This document shows, piece after piece, positions 35,958-45,823 of a DNA stretch of 64,000 bases. How positions within the stretch are numbered: position 1 is the first letter of the stretch; each line of letters begins with the position of its first letter. Position numbers and translations under genes: made by a program. Source of the DNA: Candidatus Eiseniibacteriota bacterium. GTDB taxonomy: Bacteria > Eisenbacteria > RBG-16-71-46. The stretch covers positions 763,302 to 827,301 of the forward strand of contig CAVUWA010000002.1 of NCBI GenBank assembly GCA_963744995.1. Reading direction: 5' to 3'. Under the pieces are notes generated by a model. It was not told the DNA's origin. It saw only the letters and a list, made by a program, of their open reading frames with translations, and did not search any database.

Positions 35958-37313
35958 TCAGCCCTGCGGCGCCCTGCGTTCGGCGCTTCCCACCGGCGCG
36001 GCGCGCCGCTCCGCCTGGCGCGCACGCACCGCGCCGCGCTCGAGGTCCACGCGCCCGAGCAGCCACGCACCGCCGATGAAGAACGGCAGCAGCGTGAGCA
36101 CCGCAAAGCGGCCGGCGCCCGAGAGCTGGGCGACCAGCCCGAACAGTAACGGACCGAGGACGCCGGCGAGTTTCTCGCTCACCGAATAGAACCCGAACAG
36201 TTCGCCCAGCTGGCCGCGCGGGACGAGCGCGGCGAACATCGAGCGCGACAGCGACTGCGTACCGCCCTGCACCAGCGCGACGAGCGTCGCAATGGCCCAG
36301 AACTGCCAGGCACTGCGCATGAAGAAGCCGAGGATCGTCACCACCACGTAGCCCGCGAGGCCGAGCGCGACGGCGCGCTGCGGCCCGAGCGGGCCGGCCA
36401 GGCGGCCGAACGCGAGGCTCGCGGGCGCCGCGACGATCTGCACGAGCAGCAGCGCCCCGATCAGGTGGCTGCGGCCGATGCCGATCTCGCTGCCGTAGAC
36501 CGTCGCCATCTTGATGACGGTGCCGATGCCGTCGCTGTAGAGCCAGAACGCGATCAGGAACGTGATCAGCTCGGGCTGGGTGCGGATCCGGCGCAGCGTC
36601 CGCAGGATGCGCGCGAATGCGGCGCCGGCCGCTTCGCCGACGCCGAGCCCGGCTCTCTGCGGGCGCGGCTCGGGCACGGTGCGGAACAACGGAATCGAGA
36701 ACCCGGCCCACCAGGCGGCGACGCTGGCGAACGACAGGCGGATCGCGTCGCCGGCCGAGTGCAGGCCGAAGCGCTGCGGCATGAGGATCCACGCCAGGTT
36801 GAGCGCGAGCAGAAGGCCGCCCCCCGCGTAGCCCCAGGCGAAGCCCTTCGCCGACACGGCGTGCAGCTCCTCCTTCTTCGCCACGCCCGGCAGCAGCGAG
36901 TCGTAGAGCGCGTTGCCGGTCGCGAACGCCACGAACGCGAGGCCGAACACGAGCAGCAGCGGCAGCCAGCCCGCGCCCGGCATGAGGGCGAGCAGCAGCG
37001 TGCCGCCCGCGCCGATCGCGACGCAGATCCCGAGCATGCCCTTTCTGCGGCCGAGCTGATCGCCGATCGCGCCGGCGACCGGCCCGGCCAGCGCGGCGAG
37101 CAGCAGGGCGAGGGCGCTGCCGTACGCCCATGCCGCGGTCGCCATGTTCGGCGGCATGCTGCGCGTGGCGATCTCGGCGAAGAACGGCGGCAGGATCGCG
37201 GCGACGACGCTGGTGGCGAAGGCGGAATTTGCAACGTCGTAAAGGCACCAGGCGCGAATCGCGCGCCGGCGCCGGGCCGGATCCTCGTAGGGAAGGGACG
37301 CTTGGCCGCTCAT
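35958..37313 (-). CDS. MFS transporter
   Basis: 12 TM. ...GAIGDQLGRRKGM... MFS motif A. ATG at 37311-37313. The ORF-track extension to 38603 is a shadow of the opposite-strand oxidoreductase gene. Confidence 0.8.
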   Translation of the reverse strand: MSGQASLPYEDPARRRRAIRAWCLYDVANSAFATSVVAAILPPFFAEIATRSMPPNMATAAWAYGSALALLLAALAGPVAGAIGDQLGRRKGMLGICVAIGAGGTLLLALMPGAGWLPLLLVFGLAFVAFATGNALYDSLLPGVAKKEELHAVSAKGFAWGYAGGGLLLALNLAWILMPQRFGLHSAGDAIRLSFASVAAWWAGFSIPLFRTVPEPRPQRAGLGVGEAAGAAFARILRTLRRIRTQPELITFLIAFWLYSDGIGTVIKMATVYGSEIGIGRSHLIGALLLVQIVAAPASLAFGRLAGPLGPQRAVALGLAGYVVVTILGFFMRSAWQFWAIATLVALVQGGTQSLSRSMFAALVPRGQLGELFGFYSVSEKLAGVLGPLLFGLVAQLSGAGRFAVLTLLPFFIGGAWLLGRVDLERGAVRARQAERRAAPVGSAERRAPQG

Positions 37314-37358
37314 GGGCGGGAAGTTGTACCAGACCGCCGGTGCTATATTCGAACCGGC

Positions 37359-38408
37359 ATGGAATCCGACCCTCAGGTCATCGTCATCGGCGCCGGGATC
37401 GCCGGTCTCACCTGCGCGCGTGAGCTCACCCGCCGCCATATCCGCACGGTGGTGCTCGAGCGCTCGCGCGGGGTCGGCGGACGCTGCGCCACCCGGCGGA
37501 TCGTCGATGAACAGCCGGTGGACCATGGCGCGCCGTTCCTGCATGGAATGAGCGCCGTCTTCTTCGCCGCCCTCGCCGCCCTGGAGGCACCGGACCGCAT
37601 CGAGAACTGGCCGGTACGGGTGCGCGGCCCGCGCCTCGCGTGTCAGCCGGACGCATTCCAGCAGGGCCGTTATCGCGTTGCGCACCGGGAGGGCGTCAAC
37701 GCGTTCCCGAAGATCCTCGCGCGCGGTCTCGACGTCCGTCGCGAGCACGACGTCGAACGGATCGCCGACGAGGGAGACCATCTGCGCGTTGTCGTGAAGG
37801 GCCACGATGCGCTGCGCGCGCCGGTGGTGGTGGTAGCGACCCACGCGCCGGCCGCGTGGTCGCTGGTCTCTTCCTGCGCCGACCGCTGGCCCGGCGCGCC
37901 GGCGGCCCTCGATGCCATGGCGAAGGTGGACGTGATCCCGGCGCTGTGCGTGATCGCCGCCTACCCCCGCACCCTCGAGGCTCCGGCGTTCGACATCTGG
38001 TATCCGGCCGAGTCGCCGCTGCTGCACACGATCTCGCACGACTCGGCCAAGCGTCCGGACGCGAAGCACCACGTGCTGGTGCTGCATGCGCGCCCGGGCT
38101 TCTCGGCGGAGTGGCTCGACGCACCGACCGAACCGTGGACGGAGGAGCTGCTGCGGGAGACCGCGGACCTGCTCGGCACGTGGGCGGCGCAGCCGGTCTG
38201 GCACGCGGCGCATCGCTGGCGCGCGGCGCGGGTGCGCCGTTCCGACACGCAGGGCCGGGCGCCATGGTTCGAGTCGCCGCGCGGCGCGAAGATCGGCGTG
38301 ATCGGTGATGCATGGTCGCATCGCGGCGGGCTCGAGGGAGCCTTCGAGTCCGGCGATGCGATGGCCGAGCACCTCGCCGGATTGCCGGACCTCGTGCGTG
38401 GGCGCTGA
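37359..38408 (+). CDS. NAD(P)/FAD-dependent oxidoreductase (renalase/amine-oxidase-like)
   Basis: MESDPQVIVIGAGIAGLTCARELTRRHIRTVVLERSRGVGGR is a GxGxxG dinucleotide-binding N-terminus. Confidence 0.8.
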   Translation: MESDPQVIVIGAGIAGLTCARELTRRHIRTVVLERSRGVGGRCATRRIVDEQPVDHGAPFLHGMSAVFFAALAALEAPDRIENWPVRVRGPRLACQPDAFQQGRYRVAHREGVNAFPKILARGLDVRREHDVERIADEGDHLRVVVKGHDALRAPVVVVATHAPAAWSLVSSCADRWPGAPAALDAMAKVDVIPALCVIAAYPRTLEAPAFDIWYPAESPLLHTISHDSAKRPDAKHHVLVLHARPGFSAEWLDAPTEPWTEELLRETADLLGTWAAQPVWHAAHRWRAARVRRSDTQGRAPWFESPRGAKIGVIGDAWSHRGGLEGAFESGDAMAEHLAGLPDLVRGR

Positions 38409-38484
38409 GCGCGTGCGCATGCCGGTCCCGGCGCCGCGCGGCGGGCGACCGCTTGTGGCGCCCCCGGCCCTCCGCCGGAGCGCC

Positions 38485-39375
38485 ATGGCGCGCCGGGCGC
38501 TGCTCGCCCTGTGCCTCGCCGCCATGCTCCCGGCGCGCGCGGCCTCGGCCGAACGGCTCACCGTCTTCGCCGCATCGTCCATGCAGGAGACCATGCGCGA
38601 CATCGGCCGCGCCTTTCGGGCGCGGCATCCGGGCGTCGAGTTCGACTACAGCTTCGCCGGCACCTCGACGTTGCGCACGCAGATCGAGCACGGCGCCCCG
38701 GCCGACGTGTTCGTTTCCGCCGACACGCTGCACGCGGCGGCGCTCCATCGCGCCGGCCTGAGCGGAGCGCCGCAGCGCTTCGCGACCAACCGGCTCGTGC
38801 TGATCACGCGCAGGGGCTGGATCGTTCCGCCGGCGTCGCTCGATCAGGCCGCGAGCCTCAGGAGCGGATTCGGTGGGGCGCCCGGAGGCGGTGGCGATGC
38901 TCCCGCCGGCGCCGCCGGTACCGTGGCGGATCCCTCGGCGCTCGGCCGGGTCCGCCATGTGCTGAAGAGTCTCACCCGTCCGGGCGCGCGCATCGTCGTC
39001 GCCGATTCCACCGTTCCGGCAGGGCGCTACACGGCGCGCGCGCTCGGGCGCATGGCACAGGATCCGCTGCTCGGCGAGGCGTTCCGCCACGCCGTGAACG
39101 CGCACGTCGCGAGCCGCGAGACCAGCGTGCGCGCCGTGCTGGCGAAGGTGATGCTCGGCGAGGCCGACGGCGGCTTCGTCTACGCGACGGACGCGCTCGC
39201 CGCGTCGTCGCCGATCGGGGTGACGCCGCTGCCGCCCGCGTACGCCGTGGAAGCCGAATACGCGGCCGCCGTGGTCAGGGGATCGAAGCAGGCGGAGCGG
39301 GCGGCCGCGTTCGTCGCGTTTCTCCAGGGCGACTTCGCGCGCAGCATCCTCAGGCGTCACGGATTCGGCTGGTGA
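38485..39375 (+). CDS. modA: Molybdate ABC transporter substrate-binding protein
   Basis: Signal peptide MARRALLALCLAAMLPARAASA, then ...LTVFAASSMQETMRDIGRAF... Confidence 0.85.
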   Translation: MARRALLALCLAAMLPARAASAERLTVFAASSMQETMRDIGRAFRARHPGVEFDYSFAGTSTLRTQIEHGAPADVFVSADTLHAAALHRAGLSGAPQRFATNRLVLITRRGWIVPPASLDQAASLRSGFGGAPGGGGDAPAGAAGTVADPSALGRVRHVLKSLTRPGARIVVADSTVPAGRYTARALGRMAQDPLLGEAFRHAVNAHVASRETSVRAVLAKVMLGEADGGFVYATDALAASSPIGVTPLPPAYAVEAEYAAAVVRGSKQAERAAAFVAFLQGDFARSILRRHGFGW

Positions 39376-39493
39376 GCGCGCGGCCCGCCACCGCAGCGGC
39401 GATCTTCCGCCGCCGCCGCCGTGCCGCGGGCGGCCGCCGCGCCGTGCCTGCGCGCCGCATGGCCTGCGCCGTCCCCGCCCGGCGCCCCGGCGC

Positions 39494-40315
39494 ATGAGCA
39501 CCGCGGTCCGCCGCGGCCCGGGGCCGCCGCCGCGCACGGACGGCGCGCTGGTCTTCGCGATCGGCGCACTGCTGCTGGTGCTGTTCCTCGGCGTGCCGAT
39601 GCTGGCGCTGCTGTTCGACGTGCGTCCGGCCGCCTGGCTGCACGCGCTGGGCTCGACGCAGGCGCGGCACGCGCTGGGCCTGACGCTCCTCACCACCGCA
39701 ATCGCCACGACCGTGGTGGTCGCGCTCGGCTTGCCGCTCGCCTACCTGCTGGCCCGGTTCGAGTTCCGCGGCAAGGCGGCGGTGGACGCGCTGGTGGACC
39801 TGCCGGTGACGATTCCGCCCGTCGTCGTGGGCCTCGCGCTGCTGCTCGCCTTCGGCCGCCAGGGCCTCATCGGCCGTTCGCTGGGCGCGTTCGGCATCCA
39901 GATCGCCTTCAGCACGACGGCGGTCGTGATGGCGCAGGTGGCGATGGCGGCGCCGTTCTTCGTGCGCGCCGCGCGCGCCGGTTTCGAGGCGGTGGACGAG
40001 CGGCTCGAGCACGCCGCCTGGAGCCTCGGGGCCTCGCGGCTGCACGCGTTCTGGACGGTGATGGTCCCGCTCGCGCGGCCTGCGCTGCTCGCGGGCGCGG
40101 TGATGGCGTGGGCGCGGGCGCTGTCGGAGTTCGGCGCGACGATGATGTTCGCCGGCAACATGCCGGGCCGCACCCAGACCCTCTCGCTCGCGGTGATGAG
40201 CGCGATGGAGACCGACCTCGACACCGCGGTGGCGGTGGCGGCGCTGTCGCTCGCGCTCGGCGTCGTCGCTCTGGTCGCGATGCGCATGCTCGCGCGACGC
40301 GTGGCGGCCGCATGA
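39494..40315 (+). CDS. modB: Molybdate ABC transporter permease
   Basis: EAA-loop region ...ARALSEFGATMMFAGN...; 5-6 TM. Confidence 0.85.
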   Translation: MSTAVRRGPGPPPRTDGALVFAIGALLLVLFLGVPMLALLFDVRPAAWLHALGSTQARHALGLTLLTTAIATTVVVALGLPLAYLLARFEFRGKAAVDALVDLPVTIPPVVVGLALLLAFGRQGLIGRSLGAFGIQIAFSTTAVVMAQVAMAAPFFVRAARAGFEAVDERLEHAAWSLGASRLHAFWTVMVPLARPALLAGAVMAWARALSEFGATMMFAGNMPGRTQTLSLAVMSAMETDLDTAVAVAALSLALGVVALVAMRMLARRVAAA

Positions 40316-41472
40316 GCGGGCGCACGGCGGCGAACCCTGCGATGCGCGCTGGCGCAGACGCTGCGGCCGCGCGTGCGGGCCGCGCCGCCGCGGTCCCTGG
40401 CAGAGCGCACGAGGGTCTTTCCTTCGAGGCCGCGCTCGATCTCGGCACGTTCCGCCTGGATGCGGCATTCGACGTCGCCCACGGCGAGCGCCTCGCCCTC
40501 GTCGGCCCGAGCGGCGCCGGCAAGAGCACGTGCCTCGGCGTGATCGCGGGCTTCGTGCGTGCCGACCGCGCGCGGGTGACGCTCGACCGCGAGGTGCTGG
40601 CCGACACGGCGGCCGGCGTGGATCGCAATCCGGCCGACCGCCGGGTGGGCGTGCTGTTCCAGGACGATGCGCTGTTCCCGCACCTCGCGGTGCGCGACAA
40701 CATCGCCTACGGTCCGGCGGCGCGCGGCGCGGGGCGGGCGGAAGCGAGGGCCGAGGCCGGAGCATGGCTCGAACGGCTCGGGCTCGCGGACCTGGCCGCA
40801 CGGCGGCCGGCCGGGCTCTCGGGCGGGCAGCGCCAGCGCGTCGCGCTGGCCCGGGCACTCGCAGCCGGCGCGCGCGCGCTGCTGCTCGACGAGCCGTTCG
40901 CCGCACTGGACCTGATGACCCGTGCGGGAGTGCGCGCGGAGCTGCGGCGTTTCCTCGAAGCGGTCACGCTGCCGACCGTGTTCGTCACGCACGACCCGCT
41001 CGACGCGCGCGTGTTCGGCGACCGCATTGCGGTCATGGACGCCGGGCGCGTCGTGCAGACCGGCACCTGGGAGGACATCGCCCACGCGCCGCGCAGCGCG
41101 CTGGCGGCCGAACTGGCGGGCCTCAACCTCTATCGCGCCGCGCTCGAACCGGGCACGGGGCTGCGTACCGCGCGCGCCGGCGGGCGCGAGTTCCACGTGC
41201 TCGATGAGGGCGCGGCAGGCGAGGCCTGGCTGGCGTTCGCGCCGGGGGAGGTGACGTTGTCGGCGGCGCGGCCTTCGGGGTCCGCGCAGAACGTGTTCCA
41301 GGGCCGCGTGGCCGAGATCGTGCCGGCCGGTGACCGCCTGCGCGTGCGGATCGACGCCGGGGTGCCGATCATGGCGGAGATCACCGAAGCCGCGCGCGCG
41401 GCGCTCGCGATCGCGCCCGGGCGCGAGGTCTGGGCGGCGGTGAAGGCGACGGGGGTGCGGGTCTACCGCTGA
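40312..41472 (+). CDS. modC: Molybdate ABC transporter ATP-binding protein with a C-terminal TOBE domain
   Basis: Walker A GPSGAGKST, signature LSGGQRQRVALARAL, Walker B LLLDEPFAALD. ATGA overlap with modB. Confidence 0.85.
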   Translation: MSGRTAANPAMRAGADAAAARAGRAAAVPGRAHEGLSFEAALDLGTFRLDAAFDVAHGERLALVGPSGAGKSTCLGVIAGFVRADRARVTLDREVLADTAAGVDRNPADRRVGVLFQDDALFPHLAVRDNIAYGPAARGAGRAEARAEAGAWLERLGLADLAARRPAGLSGGQRQRVALARALAAGARALLLDEPFAALDLMTRAGVRAELRRFLEAVTLPTVFVTHDPLDARVFGDRIAVMDAGRVVQTGTWEDIAHAPRSALAAELAGLNLYRAALEPGTGLRTARAGGREFHVLDEGAAGEAWLAFAPGEVTLSAARPSGSAQNVFQGRVAEIVPAGDRLRVRIDAGVPIMAEITEAARAALAIAPGREVWAAVKATGVRVYR

Positions 41473-41487
41473 GCCCCGCGGCGTGGC

Positions 41488-42096
41488 TCAGCCGCAGCCG
41501 TCCATGCCGTCGATCGGCACGCCGAAATACCAGCCGTGGATCAGCCGGTTGCGCAGCCGCAACCAGCCGCGCGCGCCGTCGCCACGCGTGACGCGCACCC
41601 ACCAGACCACCCGCGGATACGCGATCATCTCGCCCGCGACCGCGCTCGTGTCCGTGGCGGCGGACGGCGCCGCCCATGATTCCTCGGGCTCGACCACCGG
41701 CCAGAAGGGCTCGACGTCGTGCGGTCCACCGCTCCACCACAGGCGGTAGTCGCCCTCGCCGCTGCCGTGCAGGGCGAGGACGGTGTCCCCCGGCGAGAGA
41801 CCATGAATCGCGCGCCGGATCACGACGCGCCCGACGGGATCGACGGCCAGCAGCCCGGAATCGGCGGCAACGGTGTCCCCCGCGGCGATCCGGAAGGCGA
41901 TGCGCGAGGTGTCGAGCGGCGCGGCGAACGCGCGCAGCGGCGCGTGGACGATCCAGCGGCCGAGCTGACAGCACTCGAAGGGGCAGGCGTTCGGCTCCAC
42001 GCGGGGAACGGGGAGCGCCGCCGCCGCCGCCGGCGCGGATGCGGCCGGGCGGGCGCAGGCGAGCAGCCCGATCAGCAGCGGCAGGGTTCGAACCAT
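41488..42096 (-). CDS. Secreted hypothetical protein (signal peptide; SH3b-like C-terminus)
   Basis: MVRTLPLLIGLLACARPAASAP..., ...GWLRLRNRLIHGWYFG... Confidence 0.5.
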   Translation of the reverse strand: MVRTLPLLIGLLACARPAASAPAAAAALPVPRVEPNACPFECCQLGRWIVHAPLRAFAAPLDTSRIAFRIAAGDTVAADSGLLAVDPVGRVVIRRAIHGLSPGDTVLALHGSGEGDYRLWWSGGPHDVEPFWPVVEPEESWAAPSAATDTSAVAGEMIAYPRVVWWVRVTRGDGARGWLRLRNRLIHGWYFGVPIDGMDGCG

Positions 42097-42100
42097 GGCA

Positions 42101-42991
42101 TCATCCTCCTTCGGCTCGGCGCACCGTCTCCGCCGCGGAAGCGGCCTCCGTGCCGGCGTCGGGCGGTGCGCCCTGTACGTAGCACACCGGGACGACGTCG
42201 GCGTGCCGTTCCCCGGGCATCGGCGGGCGCAGCGGGCATTCGGCCGTGGGCCAGCGGCTGCGATCCTCGTAGACGTAGGGCTGGAAGCGCTCGGGCAGCG
42301 CCTCCGAGGTGTGCCGCTCGACCCGCGCGAACCAGCGCTCGTAGCGGTCGAAGTAGTCGGGGCCCGGCGCGCGCACGTGGAATGTCTCGTTCGGGTTCGG
42401 CTCCGGGTACTCGATCGTGGCCGGCGCCACGATCGGAACCGGCAGGACCGCGATGCCGCCGGGTCTCAGGATGCGCCGAACCTCGCCGATCGCGGCCAGA
42501 TCCTCGCGGATGTGCTCGAGCACGTGCGAGGCGTAGACGAAGTCGAAGGTCGCGTCCGCGAACGGCAATCGCCGCAGGTCGACGCGATGATCGACGCCGG
42601 GCATCTCGAGATCGGCGGTTTCGTAGACGCCGAAGCGCTGCCGGAAGAACGCTTCCAGGAACGGTTCGGGTGCGACGTGCAGCATCGTCATCTGCGAGGG
42701 GTCACGGCGTTTCAGCAACGCCTGCGTGACGACGTACTGGAGCCGGTGCCGCTCGAGCGCGCCGCAGGATGGGCACCGGGCGTGCCGGCGCATGCCGGTC
42801 CTGGGTCGGAGATCCTCGAACGGGCCGCGGTAGCCGCAGACCGGGCATTCGAAGACGGCTTTGTGTGCGTTCAGCAGGCGGAACAGGCCGAGACGCGGGC
42901 CCGACCGGATGCGCCCGACGGCGTCCGCGGGGCCGGCGCCCGGGCGGCCGCGGCGGCGCCGCTCATTTGCCCGGAGATTCACGGCTGCCAC
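42101..42991 (-). CDS. Class I SAM-dependent methyltransferase with an N-terminal CxxC...CxxC zinc ribbon
   Basis: CPVCG...CPSCG, then ...VLEHIREDLAAIGEVRRILRPGGIAVL. True start is probably an internal Met. Confidence 0.65.
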   Translation of the reverse strand: MAAVNLRANERRRRGRPGAGPADAVGRIRSGPRLGLFRLLNAHKAVFECPVCGYRGPFEDLRPRTGMRRHARCPSCGALERHRLQYVVTQALLKRRDPSQMTMLHVAPEPFLEAFFRQRFGVYETADLEMPGVDHRVDLRRLPFADATFDFVYASHVLEHIREDLAAIGEVRRILRPGGIAVLPVPIVAPATIEYPEPNPNETFHVRAPGPDYFDRYERWFARVERHTSEALPERFQPYVYEDRSRWPTAECPLRPPMPGERHADVVPVCYVQGAPPDAGTEAASAAETVRRAEGG

Positions 42992-43170
42992 CGGTCGTGC
43001 ATGGACGGGTCGGCGAACTGGATGAGAATTCTCACGCGACGCCTCGAGAGGGCCTGGGGGCCGGCGCCGGCCGCCCGCCTTCGAGGCGGCCGCGCCCGGC
43101 CGATCTTCTCACCGCCTTCCCGGCGCCGGCAATCGCACACGGCGCGCGGCGGTCGCACGCAGCAAAGCGA

Positions 43171-43198
43171 GCGGCGCCGGACCTGCGTCCGGCGCCGC
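43171..43198 (-). terminator. Hairpin (11-bp stem cggcgccggac/gtccggcgccg, 5-nt loop) downstream of the 43253..44329 gene
   Basis: Inverted repeat seen directly. Confidence 0.3.
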
Positions 43199-43252
43199 GT
43201 TCCTCTGCGGTGACCCATCACGAGCAGAGGTGCCCGTTCTCACTTCGTTCCG

Positions 43253-44329
43253 CTACCACCTGGGCGGCTGCGCGAAGCCCAGCTCGCCGTTGTCGCGCTG
43301 CCAGATCCGGCTGCGTCTGGGCGGGAAGATCCCCAGCGCGCGGAGACCGGACGCGTACTCGTAGCGGAACACCAGCCGGTCGGTCGCGTTGCGCGACGGC
43401 GTGAAGTCGGTGCGCCGCACGGGGTCGTAGTCCTTCTGACCCCAGCCGGTTCCCGGGAAACTCCGGCCGCCGCTGAACGACTGCGCCTTGCGGTCTGCAC
43501 CTTCAGGCGTCGCCGACTGCGGCACCGGCGCCCGTTCCGCCTCGGGCGCTGCGCGGTTTTCCCTCGTGCGGTCCGAATCGCGGGCGTCACCGCTGCGCGG
43601 CTTCTGCTGTCCGTCGTAGCGCAGCTCCGGCGTGATCTCGTTCCACGGGCGCTGTTCCTCGAAAGACAGCACGCGAATCCAGCCCATGTCGCCGTTCGCC
43701 TGTCCGGTGCGCGTGGCGTAGGAAATCGCCTCGTCCACGAACACGAACTTGCGGATCTGCCGGAGCGACGTGCGCCAGCCGGCGATCTCGGCGCTGCCCC
43801 ATGGATTCAGCACGTACATCGGCTCGTCGGAGCGCAGGCGCGACTTCTCGCCATTCACGACGTTCAGGCCGTCCACGGTGAGCAGCACGCCGATCCGGCG
43901 CCCGGTGTTGTTGCGCAGGACGATCGAATAGTTCTGCCCCTCGAACGCCTGGAAGTACCAGCGATTGAAATCGCCTGCCTTCACGAACAGCGGCGCGCTG
44001 TGACCTTCGACGCGGATCCCGACGTCGACCGCGCGGCCGTCGGCGCCGAAATCGCCCCGCGGACCGTACGCGGCATGGGCCGGCGCGGCGGCCGTCAGCG
44101 CGGTGAGCGCGGCGAGCGCCGCCAGGAAGTGACGCGCGCCCCCGATGCCACCGCGCGGCTTGCGCACCGGCAACGGCACCTTGACCGGCACCGGCACCGG
44201 TGCCGGCAGGCGGCACGGGCCGAACGGCGAGAGGCGCATCAGCGCGAATCCGTCGGCGGGGTTGTCGACCGCGCCGCGCACCTGGACTTCCGCGGGGCGG
44301 ATCTCCTGAAGCCGGGTCTGGGTGTTCAT
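43253..44329 (-). CDS. Hypothetical exported protein with an N-terminal Pro/Val dipeptide-repeat region and an internal hydrophobic anchor
   Basis: AAGGAG RBS before the ATG at 44327-44329. MNTQTRLQ...PAPVPVPVKVPLPV...HFLAALAALTALTAAAPAHAAYGP... No family recognised. Confidence 0.6.
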   Translation of the reverse strand: MNTQTRLQEIRPAEVQVRGAVDNPADGFALMRLSPFGPCRLPAPVPVPVKVPLPVRKPRGGIGGARHFLAALAALTALTAAAPAHAAYGPRGDFGADGRAVDVGIRVEGHSAPLFVKAGDFNRWYFQAFEGQNYSIVLRNNTGRRIGVLLTVDGLNVVNGEKSRLRSDEPMYVLNPWGSAEIAGWRTSLRQIRKFVFVDEAISYATRTGQANGDMGWIRVLSFEEQRPWNEITPELRYDGQQKPRSGDARDSDRTRENRAAPEAERAPVPQSATPEGADRKAQSFSGGRSFPGTGWGQKDYDPVRRTDFTPSRNATDRLVFRYEYASGLRALGIFPPRRSRIWQRDNGELGFAQPPRW

Positions 44330-44846
44330 GGTCGTTCTCCTTCTCGATTCGCGGTCAGGTCGATCCGCGTGAACGCATGAACTACGCCACCGCCGGAACG
44401 CTATTCCCGGAGCCCGGACTCCGTTGCGGGACAAGCGGTTGCGCGTCCGGACCTGGACCCCGGGCCGCGGCGCCGATCGTGGCGGCCGCGCCGCACGGTG
44501 TCGCGGCAGCGGCGCGCGCGACGGCGCACCTCACCCGCTGACGAAGGACCGCTTGCCGTTCCCGGGGCCATCCGGCCGCGCGTGTTCCCGGGCGGGGTCC
44601 TCGACGCCACGCTCCCGGAGCGCCATGAGATCACGCTGTTCGTGGGCGAGCGCCGTGGCGGGCGTGCCTGCGCCGCGGGAACGTGCTATGACGTACAGCC
44701 GTTCAGGGGCGCGGAAGTGAGGCGCACGCGCCGGTTCCAGCGCGGGGCCGGCGGCGCGAGGGCAGCCCGCAACGAACGCGGAGGAGTCGCTCGCCGCGGT
44801 CGCGCCCGAGGACGCCGCGCGGCGGCGGAGCGACGGGGGCGACCTC

Positions 44847-45206
44847 ATGCGGACATCGAAGCCGGAGCCGGGCCATGGCCCATGCCTCTGGCCACCGCTC
44901 GTGCTGCTCGCGGTCGGCGGTGGCGCGGGCGCGGCGGCCTCGCGGCCCGTCACCTGGGCCGAGATCGCCGCGCAGCCCGCGCCGCCGCCCGGGGAGCGCA
45001 TCGCGTACGGGGCCGATCCGCTCGAATTCGGTGAGCTGCGCCTGCCCGCGGGCGGCGATGTGCGCCTCAGGCCGGTGCCCGCGGCGGGGCACTTCGATCT
45101 GATCGCGCCGTTGGCCCCGGCGTGGCAGGCCGTGCGGGCGCAAGTCCATGCTCTGGCGGGACCGACCCGGCCGGGGGCCGGCGAGCGGCTGAAAGGAGGC
45201 GGGTGA
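44847..45206 (+). CDS. Hypothetical protein (low confidence); its stop overlaps the start of the DinB-like gene by 1 nt
   Basis: ORF with a signal-peptide-like N-terminus. Could be a gene remnant. Confidence 0.3.
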   Translation: MRTSKPEPGHGPCLWPPLVLLAVGGGAGAAASRPVTWAEIAAQPAPPPGERIAYGADPLEFGELRLPAGGDVRLRPVPAAGHFDLIAPLAPAWQAVRAQVHALAGPTRPGAGERLKGGG

Positions 45207-45754
45207 TGTCCGCTGCACGCCCTGCGGGCGAGCTTGCACAGGATGCCCTGCGCGAGGCCCTCGCGCGTCAATTCCATGCGGGGCTCGTCATGCTGCGGCG
45301 GGCGATGGTGGCGTGCCCGGACGATCTATGGGTGGACGATGCGGTGGCGAATCCGTTCTGGCGGGTCGCCTACCACGCCCTGTTCTACACCCACTTCTAC
45401 CTGCACGTGCGCGCCGACGACTTCCAGCCGTGGGCGCGCCATCGCCCGAACGTCCACCGCTTCGGCGAGTCCGAGACGGAGGACGCCGGGCCGGCCCCGG
45501 CGCCGTATTCGAAGCGCGACCTCCTCGACTACTGGACCGTGTGCGTCGCGTTCATCGAGCCCGCGCTGGGGAAACTCGATCTGGCATCGCCTGACAGCGG
45601 GTTCGACTGGTATCCGATCCCCAAGCTCGAATTCGTGCTGGTGGACCTGCGGCACCTCGGCCACCACACGGGCCAGCTGTGCGACCGGATCCGTGCGGCG
45701 ACGGGAGCGGGGGTGGACTGGAGCGGAAGTCCGGGGCGGGGTGACGACGGCTGA
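45206..45754 (+). CDS. DinB/YfiT-like (DinB_2 superfamily) metal-dependent four-helix-bundle protein
   Basis: GAAAGGAGG RBS; ...LRHLGHHTGQL... motif. Confidence 0.7.
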   Translation: MSAARPAGELAQDALREALARQFHAGLVMLRRAMVACPDDLWVDDAVANPFWRVAYHALFYTHFYLHVRADDFQPWARHRPNVHRFGESETEDAGPAPAPYSKRDLLDYWTVCVAFIEPALGKLDLASPDSGFDWYPIPKLEFVLVDLRHLGHHTGQLCDRIRAATGAGVDWSGSPGRGDDG

Positions 45755-45823
45755 CCGGCGCCATGGCGGGTGCGTCGCCACGCCGGTGCGCGACCCGCTC
45801 GCGCAGTCGCAGGCGAGCGCGCC

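Noticed and set aside
37314-38603. Upstream 430-aa extension of the MFS ORF (35958..38603) and the 36465..37358 extension of the oxidoreductase ORF
   Set aside because: Each is antisense to the other's real gene. MFS and oxidoreductase starts are defined by family N-termini, with a divergent promoter region between them.
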